A stretch of 63,989 bases of DNA, counting the filler, from Sandaracinaceae bacterium (lineage in GTDB: Bacteria; Myxococcota_A; Polyangia; Polyangiales; JADJQN01), in NCBI GenBank assembly GCA_947483975.1. It is 5 parts of 5 records of this genome, joined end to end, with 100 filler letters (N's around TTAATTAATTAA, not from the genome) between each part and the next. Parts side by side here need not be neighbours in the genome. Positions count along the whole stretch, not along the records: positions 13,257 to 26,178 come from CANKOL010000124.1; positions 26,279 to 39,050 come from CANKOL010000125.1; 3 more parts are not named here. One strand, written 5' to 3'. Of the stretch, positions 19,700-28,593 are shown one piece after another. Position 1 is the stretch's first letter, and each line of letters opens with the position of its first letter. The notes under the pieces are model-generated. The model ran no database searches and was not told the DNA's origin. It saw only the letters and a program-made list of their open reading frames with translations. The position numbers were made by a program, and so were the translations under genes.

Positions 19700-20347
19700 T
19701 CAGCGAGCGCGCGGCGCGCGCTGCAGCGTCCACACCATCGGGCCCTCGCCGGGCAGCACCAGCTGATGCGTCCGGCGGAAGCCCGCGCGCTCGTAGAAAG
19801 GCACGTTGGCGGCGACGGAGGTCTCGACGTGCGCGACGAGCCCGTCGGCGTCCGCGCGCGCGAGTCCATCGGCGAGGAGCGCCGCGCCCACGCCGCGTCG
19901 CTGCGCGTGCGGCTCGACGCCGAGCAAGGCGAGGTGCCAGTGCGGCTCGCGCGGGCGCTGTAGCTCCATCAGCTCGGCGCCCTCGCTGACGACGCCCAGG
20001 CGCGCAAAGCCCACGAAAGACAGCGTCTGCGGCAACATCGCGACCTGCGCGCCGACCGACGGCGGCCACGCGCCCGGCGGCACCCACGCCGAGACGCCCG
20101 CGAGGTCGCTCGTCGTGAACGCACCCCCGCGCGCGAGGCTCACGCGGCGCAGCATCAGGTCGAAGTACGCGTAGGCGCGCTGCTCTCGACCCGCGCCGCC
20201 GCGCACGACCCAGCCGACGAACGGGTCGTCGAGGAACGCGCGCGCGAACACCCCGAGGAGCGCCTCGACGTCCTGCGCCTCGACGGGGCGCACCCGCGGC
20301 AAAGGGGCGTCTTCCTGCGTCACGCGCACGTTGGGCGGCAGGCTCAT
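19700..20347 (-). CDS. GNAT family N-acetyltransferase
   Basis: ARAFLDDP, WHLALLGVEPHAQRRGVG, VETS..NVPFYERAGF; ATGA overlap with upstream gene. Confidence 0.9.
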   Translation of the reverse strand: MSLPPNVRVTQEDAPLPRVRPVEAQDVEALLGVFARAFLDDPFVGWVVRGGAGREQRAYAYFDLMLRRVSLARGGAFTTSDLAGVSAWVPPGAWPPSVGAQVAMLPQTLSFVGFARLGVVSEGAELMELQRPREPHWHLALLGVEPHAQRRGVGAALLADGLARADADGLVAHVETSVAANVPFYERAGFRRTHQLVLPGEGPMVWTLQRAPRAR

Positions 20348-22368
20348 CCGGGTCCTGGGCAGCGCCACTCGGCGCCGACGCGCACGACCCGCGGCGCGCC
20401 ATCGGCTGCGCTCGTCTCGAGGTGCAGCGCGACCTCGAGCACACCGCCCTCGGGCAGCGACAACGCCCAAGGTGTGCCGGGCACGCCAGGCGCCGTGCCG
20501 ACGTCCACGAACGGAGCCGCCGCGAGCGAAGCCTCGTCCGCCGCGTGGCGCGCAGCGAGGCTCACGCGCGACGCCGAGCCGTTACGCACGTCGAGGTGCA
20601 GCGCGGTCCAGCGCGTGCCGCCGTCAGGGCAGCCCGCGAACACATGCCTCGCGCTGCCCTGCGGGACGAAGCCGCCGCGCAGCGAGGCGCCCGAGAGATC
20701 GCCCTGCGTGTGCGGCGCAAAGCCGATGGCGAGCTGCGCCTCTGGGACCTCGTCGCCGCTCGTCGGCGCCTCGGCCGACAAGCGCGTCGCGACGCCGTCG
20801 CCCGAGGGCGCGCCGCTCGTCGAGATGGCCCAGACGTGCCCGAGCGTGTCGAGCGCGACGCCGATCGCCTCGCTCGGCGCGAACTCGCCCGACGCGAGCG
20901 ACACGCGCGAGCTGAGGCGCAGCCGCGCCCCGTCGCGCGTGAAGCGCGAGAGCGTCCCGCCCGTGTGCGTCACCCACGCGTTGCCCGCGGCATCGACGGC
21001 GACGCCGCGCGGGCTCGGATCGCTCGGGACCGTGCGCCAGGCGTCGGCGGTCGGATCGTAGAGGACCAGCTGATCGCAGGAGAATCCCGTGATCACCAGC
21101 CTGCCCCACGCGTCTCCGTCCATTCCATAGAACAGATAGCAGGGCAGCGGCGCCTCGAGGAGCGTCACCGGCGGCGAGCTCCCCGGCGCGTCGCTGCTCA
21201 GCCGATCGATGCGCGCGAGCCGACCATCGCGCTCCGCCATCCACACCGCGCCCCAGGCGTCGACGTGCGCGGCGTACGGCTTGAGGCCCAACAGATCGAC
21301 CTCGGTGCGCACCGCGCCCGTGAGTCCGTCGAGCTCCACGGCGCGCGACGCCTCGTTGAGCCCAACCCAGGCGTCCCCTCCCGAGGCGCCGTCGAGCCCC
21401 CGATCTCCGTCGATCGCGAGCGCGCGCGGCACCTCGCCCGGCGCGCCGACGGGCACCGTGAAGAGCACGCACTCGTCCGCGCCGAGGTCGAGCAGCTCCG
21501 CCGGCCCGTGCGAGGTCGTGATCTCGCCGTCCCCGTCTCGATCGACGCAGCGCGCGAGCTCACCGGCGATCTTCGTCACCGTGCCCTGCACGACGAACGA
21601 GCGATTGGCGACCCAGACGTCGCCCGCGTAGTCCACCGCGACGCGGCTCGGCGAGTCACCGCCCGTGCGATAGCGCGCCACCTCGCGCGCGCTCGCCGAG
21701 TCGAGCTTCGAGAGCGTGCCGTCGCCCGTGTTCGCGGCCCACAGCGTCGCGGACGAGCGCGTCTCGCGCGCCAGCGTGAGCAGCCCCTCCGGCGTGACGT
21801 CGAGCCCGTCGCCCGCCGTGAAGGGCGCGTCGCTCTCGCCCCAGACGCCGCCCGCGCACGACGGATCGCAGCCGCCGCACGGGCTCCGCACGCCCTCGTC
21901 GGCGCTCCCATCACAGTCCTGATCGACGCCGTCGCAGACCTCGCCGCTCGGCAGCACCTCGCCGACGCAGAGCCCCCACGTCCGGTTCACGCAGCTCGTG
22001 TGCCCGCTCTTGCAGGGCCCGACGCCGAGGGTCCCCGCGGCGCCCGCATAACACTCGACGAGCGTGTTCGCGAGGCACGGGCAGCCCGTCGCGAGCGGCG
22101 TCAGCGCGCAGTCGGGCGGCGGGAAGCGGTCGCAATTCGTGATGCGCGCGGCGTTGCGATCGTCGCAGTCGGGCCCGAGCGCGCAGCCGACGCCGAAGCC
22201 GTCGAGATCGAGGTCGACGCAGCGGACGTCCTCCGTGCCGCAAGCCGACGCGCCGAGCGCGAACGCCGCCGCGAGTATGGCCAGTGCGAGAGTCCTCGCG
22301 CGAGTGCGTCGCACGGGCACGAACGTAGCACGCACGCCGCTCGCCACGGGGCGCGCCTCACGCGGCAA
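20344..22368 (-). CDS. Cys-rich lipoprotein with Vgb-like beta-propeller
   Basis: Lipobox GASAC; DLDLDGFG...DCDD and EVCDGVDQDCDG motifs; PSRVAVD..GDVWVANR and PRGVAVD..GNAWV blades; start uncertain. Confidence 0.8.
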   Translation of the reverse strand: MPREARPVASGVRATFVPVRRTRARTLALAILAAAFALGASACGTEDVRCVDLDLDGFGVGCALGPDCDDRNAARITNCDRFPPPDCALTPLATGCPCLANTLVECYAGAAGTLGVGPCKSGHTSCVNRTWGLCVGEVLPSGEVCDGVDQDCDGSADEGVRSPCGGCDPSCAGGVWGESDAPFTAGDGLDVTPEGLLTLARETRSSATLWAANTGDGTLSKLDSASAREVARYRTGGDSPSRVAVDYAGDVWVANRSFVVQGTVTKIAGELARCVDRDGDGEITTSHGPAELLDLGADECVLFTVPVGAPGEVPRALAIDGDRGLDGASGGDAWVGLNEASRAVELDGLTGAVRTEVDLLGLKPYAAHVDAWGAVWMAERDGRLARIDRLSSDAPGSSPPVTLLEAPLPCYLFYGMDGDAWGRLVITGFSCDQLVLYDPTADAWRTVPSDPSPRGVAVDAAGNAWVTHTGGTLSRFTRDGARLRLSSRVSLASGEFAPSEAIGVALDTLGHVWAISTSGAPSGDGVATRLSAEAPTSGDEVPEAQLAIGFAPHTQGDLSGASLRGGFVPQGSARHVFAGCPDGGTRWTALHLDVRNGSASRVSLAARHAADEASLAAAPFVDVGTAPGVPGTPWALSLPEGGVLEVALHLETSAADGAPRVVRVGAEWRCPGPG

Positions 22369-22414
22369 AAACCGCGCGCGTGCGCGTCGGGGCCCGGTGC
22401 GCTACCCACCGTCG

Positions 22415-23467
22415 GTGAACGTCCTCGTCACGGGCGCGACGGGCTTCGTCGGCGCCGCCATCGCCAAGCGCTTGCTCGCCGAGGGCGACTCCGTGCACGT
22501 CCTCGCGCGCGACCCAAAGCGCGCTTCGAGCCTCGCCGCAGCAGGCGCGCGCGTGTTCGCGGGCACCATCGCGGACCCCAACGACGTCGCCGCGGCGGCG
22601 CGCGGCTGCAAGCTCGTCGTGCACGCGGCGGCGATCGCGTCCCACCGCGCTGGGCCCGCCGCGCTCCGCTGGACGAACGTCGCCGGCACCGAGAACGTCC
22701 TCACCGCCGCGCGGCACGTCGGCGTCGCGCGCGTCGTGTACGTCTCGTGCGCGGACGTCACGCTCGCCGACGAGGACCGCTTCGGCTGGAACGAAGACCG
22801 CTTGCCGCAGGGCGCGCTCCTCGACGAGCACGCGCGCACGAAGCGCCTCGCCGAGGACCTCGCGCTCGCCGCGCCCGGCCTCGAGGTCTGCGCGCTGCGT
22901 CCGCCGACGCTCTGGGGCGTCGGCGACACGACGATGCTGCCCGCGCTCTGCGCGGAGGCGCTCGCGCACGACGGCGCGGCGCTCTACGGCGACGGCCGCA
23001 ACGTGCTCGCGACCCTGCACATCGACAACCTCGTCGACGCCGTGCTCGCCGCGCTCGAGGCCGGCGACGTCGGAGGGCGCGCGTACTACGTCAGCGACAG
23101 CGAATTCCTCGACGCAGGCGAGGTGTTCGGGATGCTCTCGAAGGCCTGCGGCCTGCCGCCGCCGCGCCCGAGCGGCGTGCCGCTCTCCGTGAACCTCGCC
23201 CTCGCCTGGGCGCGCGAGCGGGTCCGCGCCGACGGCCCCTGGCGCACCGACGTCGTGCGCAGGGCACGCCCCACGCAATTCGACGTCTCCCGCGCCTCGC
23301 ACGATCTCGCCTGGAAGGCGCGCGTCAGCGTCGAGGACGGCATGAACTCCCTCGCGACCTGGGTCACCGCGACGGGCGGCCCCAAGGCGATCGCGGCGAT
23401 GCAGCGCAAGCCCGCCGACGACGCCGAGGTCGCCGCGCAGATCGCCGCCGCGACGCCCGCCCGCTAG
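22415..23467 (+). CDS. NAD-dependent epimerase/dehydratase (3-beta-HSD-like)
   Basis: VLVTGATGFVG, HAAA, NVAGTENV; catalytic YxxxK appears as HARTK. Confidence 0.88.
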   Translation: MNVLVTGATGFVGAAIAKRLLAEGDSVHVLARDPKRASSLAAAGARVFAGTIADPNDVAAAARGCKLVVHAAAIASHRAGPAALRWTNVAGTENVLTAARHVGVARVVYVSCADVTLADEDRFGWNEDRLPQGALLDEHARTKRLAEDLALAAPGLEVCALRPPTLWGVGDTTMLPALCAEALAHDGAALYGDGRNVLATLHIDNLVDAVLAALEAGDVGGRAYYVSDSEFLDAGEVFGMLSKACGLPPPRPSGVPLSVNLALAWARERVRADGPWRTDVVRRARPTQFDVSRASHDLAWKARVSVEDGMNSLATWVTATGGPKAIAAMQRKPADDAEVAAQIAAATPAR

Positions 23468-23551
23468 CCGCGCAGCGCCGCTGGCTCAGCCCTTCTCGCG
23501 CGAGCCGCGCAGCGCCGCCGGCTCAGCTCTTCTCGAGCAAGCCGCGCAGCG
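23466..23551. repeat. 37-bp imperfect tandem duplication of the hslO 3' end
   Basis: AGCCGCGCAGCG at 23466, 23503 and 23540 with similar intervening sequence. Confidence 0.7.
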
Positions 23552-24371
23552 TCTCGGGCTGCACTTCGTAGCTCTTGCCGCAGTAATCGCAGGCGATGTG
23601 CAGCATCTCGCCCGCTGCGACGAGCTCCGCGAGCTCCGTCGCGGGCAGCGTGCCGAGGCTGCCGACGACGCGCACCGCGCTGCACTGACACTCGAAGCGC
23701 AGCGGGCGCTCCTCGAGCGTCGTGTACGGCATGCCGTAGAGCAGCTCCGCGAGCAGCCCCTCCGGCGTCATCGACGCGCGCAGGAGCGGCTCCATCGAGG
23801 TGAAGTCCCGCAGCCGCTCGGTCATCACCATCAGCAGCTCGTCCTTGAGCTCCGGGAGCAGCTGCACGATGAAGCCGCCCGCCGCCTTCACCTCGCCGCC
23901 CTCGACGAGCGCGCCCACCGAGATCACCGAGAAGATCTGCTCGCTGTCGTGCATGTACTGCATCAGCGCGCCGCTGATGCCGCCCGCCTCGGGCACCTCG
24001 ACGATGCCCGAGTGCAGCGCGCCGTTGGGCAGCGTGCGCATCATCTGCAAGAGCGCGCCCTCGCCGAAGACGACGTCCTTGCGCCCCTCCGGCAGCGAGA
24101 CGAGCCCGCGCGTCGCGCCGTCGGGGTACGAGTCCGCGACGAAGCGCCCCGACCCGCTCGCGCCCTTGAGGAGCGCCTGCACGCGCAGCCCGGGCGACAT
24201 CGTCTCGCGCACGAGCACGGCGCCCGTCAGCAGGTCGGCGAAGCGCGCCGCCACGAGCCCCTCAGTTTGCTGTGCGGCGATCGCCGCGCGCACGGTCTCG
24301 GTGGTGCACGCCGTGATGACGCGGAAGGCGCCGTCGTCGGTCATCGCGCGAAGGAGTGAGTCAGCCGCCAT
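23523..24371 (-). CDS. hslO: Hsp33 redox-regulated chaperone
   Basis: DSLLRA start, YMHDSEQI, AAGGFIVQLLP, C-terminal CQCS...CDYC zinc motif. Confidence 0.93.
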   Translation of the reverse strand: MAADSLLRAMTDDGAFRVITACTTETVRAAIAAQQTEGLVAARFADLLTGAVLVRETMSPGLRVQALLKGASGSGRFVADSYPDGATRGLVSLPEGRKDVVFGEGALLQMMRTLPNGALHSGIVEVPEAGGISGALMQYMHDSEQIFSVISVGALVEGGEVKAAGGFIVQLLPELKDELLMVMTERLRDFTSMEPLLRASMTPEGLLAELLYGMPYTTLEERPLRFECQCSAVRVVGSLGTLPATELAELVAAGEMLHIACDYCGKSYEVQPETLRGLLEKS

Positions 24372-24500
24372 GATGCCTCTAGCGAGTCCCAACGGAGCCT
24401 AGTCCCAGCGACGCTCGAGCCAAGCGAAGCCCGCGTCCCAACCCTGCCCAGCCTCGTGACGCTGCCCCAACCGATGAGGCTGCGGCGCCTCAATTAGGAA

Positions 24501-24580
24501 GGCCCCGCCACACGCTGATCACCGCGACCGTTGCTTCCTTCCGGACCTGGCGGGTTTGGCGGGCCAGCGTTGGCGAGGCC
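24501..24580 (-). ncRNA. ffs: Signal recognition particle RNA (4.5S, small SRP)
   Basis: Minus strand contains helix-8 signature CCAGGTCCGGAAGGAAGCAAC within a long hairpin GGCCTCGCCA...TGGCGGGGCC; ends approximate. Confidence 0.9.
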
Positions 24581-24612
24581 ATAGGGACTACGCGAACACT
24601 ACACTACGGAAC

Positions 24613-24702
<90 letters not shown>

Positions 24703-24773
24703 GGGAGGCCTCGACACTAAGAGAAAGCCCGTCACTACGAAAAAGACTGCTCGAACTCAGAAGACGTACAGGG

Positions 24774-24860
24774 AGGAGAGCAAGGGATTCGAACCCTTGG
24801 TACCCTTGCGGGCACTCTTGATTTCGAATCAAGCGCCTTCGACCACTCGGCCAGCTCTCC
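24774..24860 (-). tRNA. tRNA-Ser(CGA)
   Basis: GGAGAGC/GCTCTCC acceptor, CTTGA-TTCGAAA-TCAAG, long variable arm; CCA not encoded. Confidence 0.95.
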
Positions 24861-24873
24861 ACATGAGGGCGCG

Positions 24874-24901
24874 AAGGTAGCAGAGCGTCCTCGGGTGTCA
24901 A
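24874..24901 (-). promoter_or_regulatory. Sigma70-type promoter for tRNA-Ser(CGA)
   Basis: TTGACA-16 bp-TACCTT; the -35 box contains the tadA stop codon. Confidence 0.65.
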
Positions 24902-25497
24902 CGCCGATCCGGCCCCCGCCTGGCAGCCCGCAGCCGCGCGAAGAATGCCGAGAGCTGCTCCCCGCACTCGGCCGCGAGCACGCCGGGGACCGCCTCGAAG
25001 GTGTGGTTCAGCTTGCCGTCGGTCCCGATCGTGTAGAGCGAGCGCACGGCGCCCGCCTTCGGATCATCGGCGCCCCACACGACCCGGTCGACGCGCGCGC
25101 TGACGAGCGCGCCGGCGCACATCGCGCACGGCTCGAGCGTCACGTAGCAGGTCACGCCCTCCAGCCGCCAAGTGCCGAGCCTCGCCGCCGCCGCGCGCAC
25201 CGCGATGTGCTCCGCGTGCGCCGTCGGATCCTGCGCGCGCTCGCGGAGGTTGTAGCCGCGCCCGACGACGACGCCGTCTTTGACGCAGACCGCGCCGACG
25301 GGCACCTCACCGAGCGCCTCGGCGCGCGCAGCCTCGACGAGCGCCGCGCGCATCCAGCCCTCGTCAGGCGAAGACGCTGCATCCGGCGAAGAACCGTCGC
25401 CCGACGAAGTCTGCATGAGGCCCTCGTCAGACGAATCCTGCACGAGGCCCTCGTCAGACGAATCCTGCATGAGGCCCTCGTCAGACGAATCCGGCAT
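24898..25497 (-). CDS. tadA: tRNA adenosine(34) deaminase
   Basis: GEVPVGAV, DPTAHAE, YVTLEPCAMCAGA, DPKAGA; the start could be any of several ATGs from 25497 to 25353. Confidence 0.95.
   Translation of the reverse strand: MPDSSDEGLMQDSSDEGLVQDSSDEGLMQTSSGDGSSPDAASSPDEGWMRAALVEAARAEALGEVPVGAVCVKDGVVVGRGYNLRERAQDPTAHAEHIAVRAAAARLGTWRLEGVTCYVTLEPCAMCAGALVSARVDRVVWGADDPKAGAVRSLYTIGTDGKLNHTFEAVPGVLAAECGEQLSAFFARLRAARRGPDRR
25411..25497. repeat. 27-bp tandem repeat x3 at tadA 5' end
   Basis: CTGCATGAGGCCCTCGTCAGACGAATC repeated; encodes DSSDEGL[MV]Q. Confidence 0.9.
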
Positions 25498-25533
25498 GAA
25501 CCCCACGACCGCGAAACAACGGAGAACTCGAGG

Positions 25534-25607
25534 CGGGCCCAGGAAGATTCGAACTTCCGACACCTGGTTCCGTAGACCAGTGCTCTATCCAGCTGAGCTA
25601 TGGGCCC
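25534..25607 (-). tRNA. tRNA-Arg(ACG)
   Basis: GGGCCCATAGCTCAGCTGGATAGAGC, anticodon arm CTGGT-CTACGGA-ACCAG, GTTCGAATC. Confidence 0.96.
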
Positions 25608-25620
25608 TCAGAAGGCGCGT

Positions 25621-25648
25621 ATCCTAGCGGCGGATCGTCTTCTGTCAA
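25621..25648 (-). promoter_or_regulatory. Sigma70-type promoter for tRNA-Arg/tadA
   Basis: TTGACA-16 bp-TAGGAT followed by a GC-rich discriminator. Confidence 0.7.
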
Positions 25649-25649
25649 C

Positions 25650-25739
<90 letters not shown>

Positions 25740-25842
25740 AGATGCGAAGGGCGCCAGATGTAGCCAGCCGCCGCTGGCCTGTCAATCACGGACGTACATG
25801 ACGTGCTCGCATGACGTCGAGCGTCGTGCCACCGTCGACCGA

Positions 25843-26178
25843 ATGCGCCCCCACGCCCTCGCCTCGCTGCGGCTCGTCACGGTCCTCGGCGCGGCGCTCG
25901 CCGTCTCGACGCTGCTCCCCCGCCCGGCGCAGGCGTGCACCTGCTCGAACGAGACGCCCGAGGCGCAATTCGCCGCGGCGACGGCAGTCTTCGAGGGACG
26001 CGTCGTCGCGATCGAGCGCGAGGGCGCTCCCGAGGTCGGTCCCGCGCGCCTCCGCGTGACCTTCGAGGTCGTGCAGACGTGGAAAGCGGCCAACGTCGAG
26101 CGCCTCATCGTGACGACGGCGACCGACGAGGCGGCCTGCGGCGTCGCCTTCGCGCAGGGCCGCTCGTACGTCGTCTAC
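25843..26178 (+). CDS. Secreted TIMP/NTR-like domain protein (3' truncated)
   Basis: Signal peptide then AQA-CTC, AVFEGRV, FEVVQTWK, ACGVAFAQGRSYVVY. Confidence 0.7.
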
Positions 26179-26278
26179 NNNNNNNNNNNNNNNNNNNNNN
26201 NNNNNNNNNNNNNNNNNNNNNNTTAATTAATTAANNNNNNNNNNNNNNNNNNNNNNNNNNNNNNNNNNNNNNNNNNNN
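26179..26278. other. Artificial contig linker
   Basis: N44-TTAATTAATTAA-N44. Confidence 0.99.
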
Positions 26279-26883
26279 GCTGCGACAGGAGCGGGAGCGG
26301 GCGCAGGCCGCGGAGTGACCTCCTCGAGGGCCTCCTCGAACTCGGCCTCGGGGGCGGCGGCCATGGCCGGGGGGACGTCGGAGATCGGCCCGGCGGCGGT
26401 CGCCGCGTCGCTCTCGAAGTCGGCGAACGCGGGAGCGGGCTCCTCTGCGGCGGTGTCGTCGCTGACCGGCTCGGGCGCGGGCTCCGGCTCCGGCGCCACG
26501 ATGGCCGCTTGCTGTGCCTCGAGCTGGGAGATGTCAATCTCCCCGGTCGGCTGATCGCCGCCCTGCGCCTGCTGGAACGCGAGCACGATGCGCTCCCAGA
26601 GCACCTCCGAGCGCCCGTCGTCGAGCTGCAGCTCGCCGAGGTAGACGTCGAAGCGCTCGGCGCCGAAGTCCTCCCCGTTGTCGTTCGTGCCGGCGTGCCG
26701 ACCGAGCCCCGTGAGCCCCGCGGTGCCGTCCGTCAGCAGCACCTCGAAGCGGACCCACTCGCCCTCGGCCACGTTCCCCGGCGCACGCAGGACGAGGTGC
26801 TCGCCCGTGTAGAAAGGCGCGAGCCCCTCGACGAGCTCGGTGAGATCGTTGAACGGGCTGTGGATCGTCAGAGAGTTCGTCAT
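26279..26883 (-). CDS. Hypothetical protein with degenerate PilZ-like N-terminal domain and acidic tail (3' truncated)
   Basis: GEWVRFEVLLTDG...LTGLGR resembles myxobacterial PilZ-like domains; ATGA overlap with xseB. Confidence 0.6.
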
Positions 26884-27149
26884 TTCTTCTCGTCCTCGTC
26901 GAAGGGGCGCGTGCGCACGCCGCCGGACTCATCCCCGAGCAAGCGCTCGACGCGCTGCTCCGCTTCCTCGAGCCGACGCTGCCCCGCGCGCGAGAGCTGC
27001 ACGCCCTCCTCGAAGATCGCGAGCGACTGCTCGAGCGGGAGGTCTCCGCGCTCGAGGTCGTCCACGACCTTCTGGAGCCGCGCCAGGATGCCCTCGAAGG
27101 GCACGGTCTCGGTCGCGGGGGGCTCGGTCGGCGTCGGCGGGGTCGGCAT
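26880..27149 (-). CDS. xseB: Exodeoxyribonuclease VII small subunit
   Basis: FEGILARLQKVVDDLERGDLPLEQSLAIFEEGVQL...LEEAEQRV. Confidence 0.93.
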   Translation of the reverse strand: MPTPPTPTEPPATETVPFEGILARLQKVVDDLERGDLPLEQSLAIFEEGVQLSRAGQRRLEEAEQRVERLLGDESGGVRTRPFDEDEKK

Positions 27150-27215
27150 CAGGGGTTCGTCGCGCACGATGCCCGAGCCGCGCGCACTGAGTCAATCGCT
27201 TCGAGCGGGCGAGCG

Positions 27216-27896
27216 TCAGAGCCCCGCGAACAAGCGCACCACCCAGAGGCCATAGCCGAGCCCGCCGAGGTCCACGCGGATGTGCGCGAGGGACGCGCCG
27301 AAGTGCAGCGTACGCGCCGGGTTGAGCTCGACGCCGATCTCGAGCCCTACGCCGAGCAGCGCGTCGGCGAACGTCGTGGCGAAGCGCTGCCCGATGACGA
27401 CGCCGGCCGACCCGAGCGCCGCGATGTACGGCACGAAGTAGCGCACGAGCTGGGTCCCCTGCCAGCCTGCGACGAGCGTCGCGCGGAGGACTCCGTCCGC
27501 GCCGCCGAGCGCGTAATCCCGCCCGCCGCCCTCGCCGATCACGCCGAGGCGAAGCTGACCCGTCGGCAGATAGCCACCGAAGGAGACCGCGTGCACGGTG
27601 CCCCCGCCGAAGCCGTCGCCGAGCACGTAGTGCGCGTAGCCGAGCTCGACGCGGGGCCCGCCCCACGCGGGCGCCTCGTCGGCAGCCGACGGCAGCGGCG
27701 CGGCACGGCGCGGACGAACGCCTGCCGGCGGCTCCGCGAGCACGGCGCCCGAGTCTTGCGAGGGAGGGCTCGCTTCGACGGCCGAGTCCGCGGCGGCGCG
27801 TGGCTCGTCGGCGCGCGCGCGAGTCGCGACGAGGCCCGAGGCACAGACGGCGACGACGGCGACGACGGCGAGAGCATGGACGAGTTGGGCGCGCAT
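27216..27896 (-). CDS. Secreted protein, probable small outer-membrane beta-barrel
   Basis: Signal peptide; alternating hydrophobic/Gly beta-strands; ends VVRLFAGL. Confidence 0.6.
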   Translation of the reverse strand: MRAQLVHALAVVAVVAVCASGLVATRARADEPRAAADSAVEASPPSQDSGAVLAEPPAGVRPRRAAPLPSAADEAPAWGGPRVELGYAHYVLGDGFGGGTVHAVSFGGYLPTGQLRLGVIGEGGGRDYALGGADGVLRATLVAGWQGTQLVRYFVPYIAALGSAGVVIGQRFATTFADALLGVGLEIGVELNPARTLHFGASLAHIRVDLGGLGYGLWVVRLFAGL

Positions 27897-27908
27897 GGCT
27901 CGGTCCGC

Positions 27909-28493
27909 TCAGTCGGCGAAGGGCTGCACGTCGATCGCGCGCAGCATGGCGTTGGCTTCGCGATCGGGGCGCGGATCTTCGTTCATCTCGAAGCGCACGA
28001 GCAGCGTGCGCTCGCCCGGCACCGGGAGCGCGACGAAGTGGAAGTAGAGGAGGTGCGCCGCGTCCTCGAGCACCGCATGAAAGCCCTCGTCGCCCGACTT
28101 CGTCGTGTACGGCGCCGGGCTCATGAGCACGCTCGCGTCGCTCCGGCGCGCGACCTCCGCCTGCAGCACGAGGAGCGGCGCTCCGCTGACGAGCGCGGCC
28201 GTGAGCGCGTACTTCGGCGGCACGCCCGCGTCGAGCGAGCCGTACACCGGCGGCACGACCAGCGAGATGCTGGCGTCCCCTTCCACCGCCGGCACGCGCT
28301 CCCACGGCGGCGCGAGGTAGCGCAGGCGGTAGACGCCCTCGCCGTCCGTCAGCGTCGTCCAGCCTGCGTACGGAGCGCTGCCGTCCTTGCCGCACGCCGC
28401 GAGCAACCCGACGCCGACGACGGTCGCCACGACGCCGGTCGCCGCGACGCCGACGCGGAGGACAGTCGCGAATAGTCGCGCTTTCGGGAGCAC
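27909..28493 (-). CDS. Hypothetical lipoprotein
   Basis: LLAAC lipobox, globular composition; start uncertain. Confidence 0.6.
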   Translation of the reverse strand: MLPKARLFATVLRVGVAATGVVATVVGVGLLAACGKDGSAPYAGWTTLTDGEGVYRLRYLAPPWERVPAVEGDASISLVVPPVYGSLDAGVPPKYALTAALVSGAPLLVLQAEVARRSDASVLMSPAPYTTKSGDEGFHAVLEDAAHLLYFHFVALPVPGERTLLVRFEMNEDPRPDREANAMLRAIDVQPFAD

Positions 28494-28593
28494 GCGCGAC
28501 TCTGGGAGGCGCGCTCGGCGCGGTCAAGGACGGTGCCGACGCGTCCACTCGACGACTCGCGGCCATGCTCGGAAGCGGCTATCGTCGGCGCCG

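Noticed and set aside
16143..20347. Split protein lysine acetyltransferase (Pat/Pka) formed by the acyl-CoA ligase and the nearby GNAT
   Set aside because: The ligase keeps its catalytic His, and the GNAT is on the other strand, coupled to a different gene
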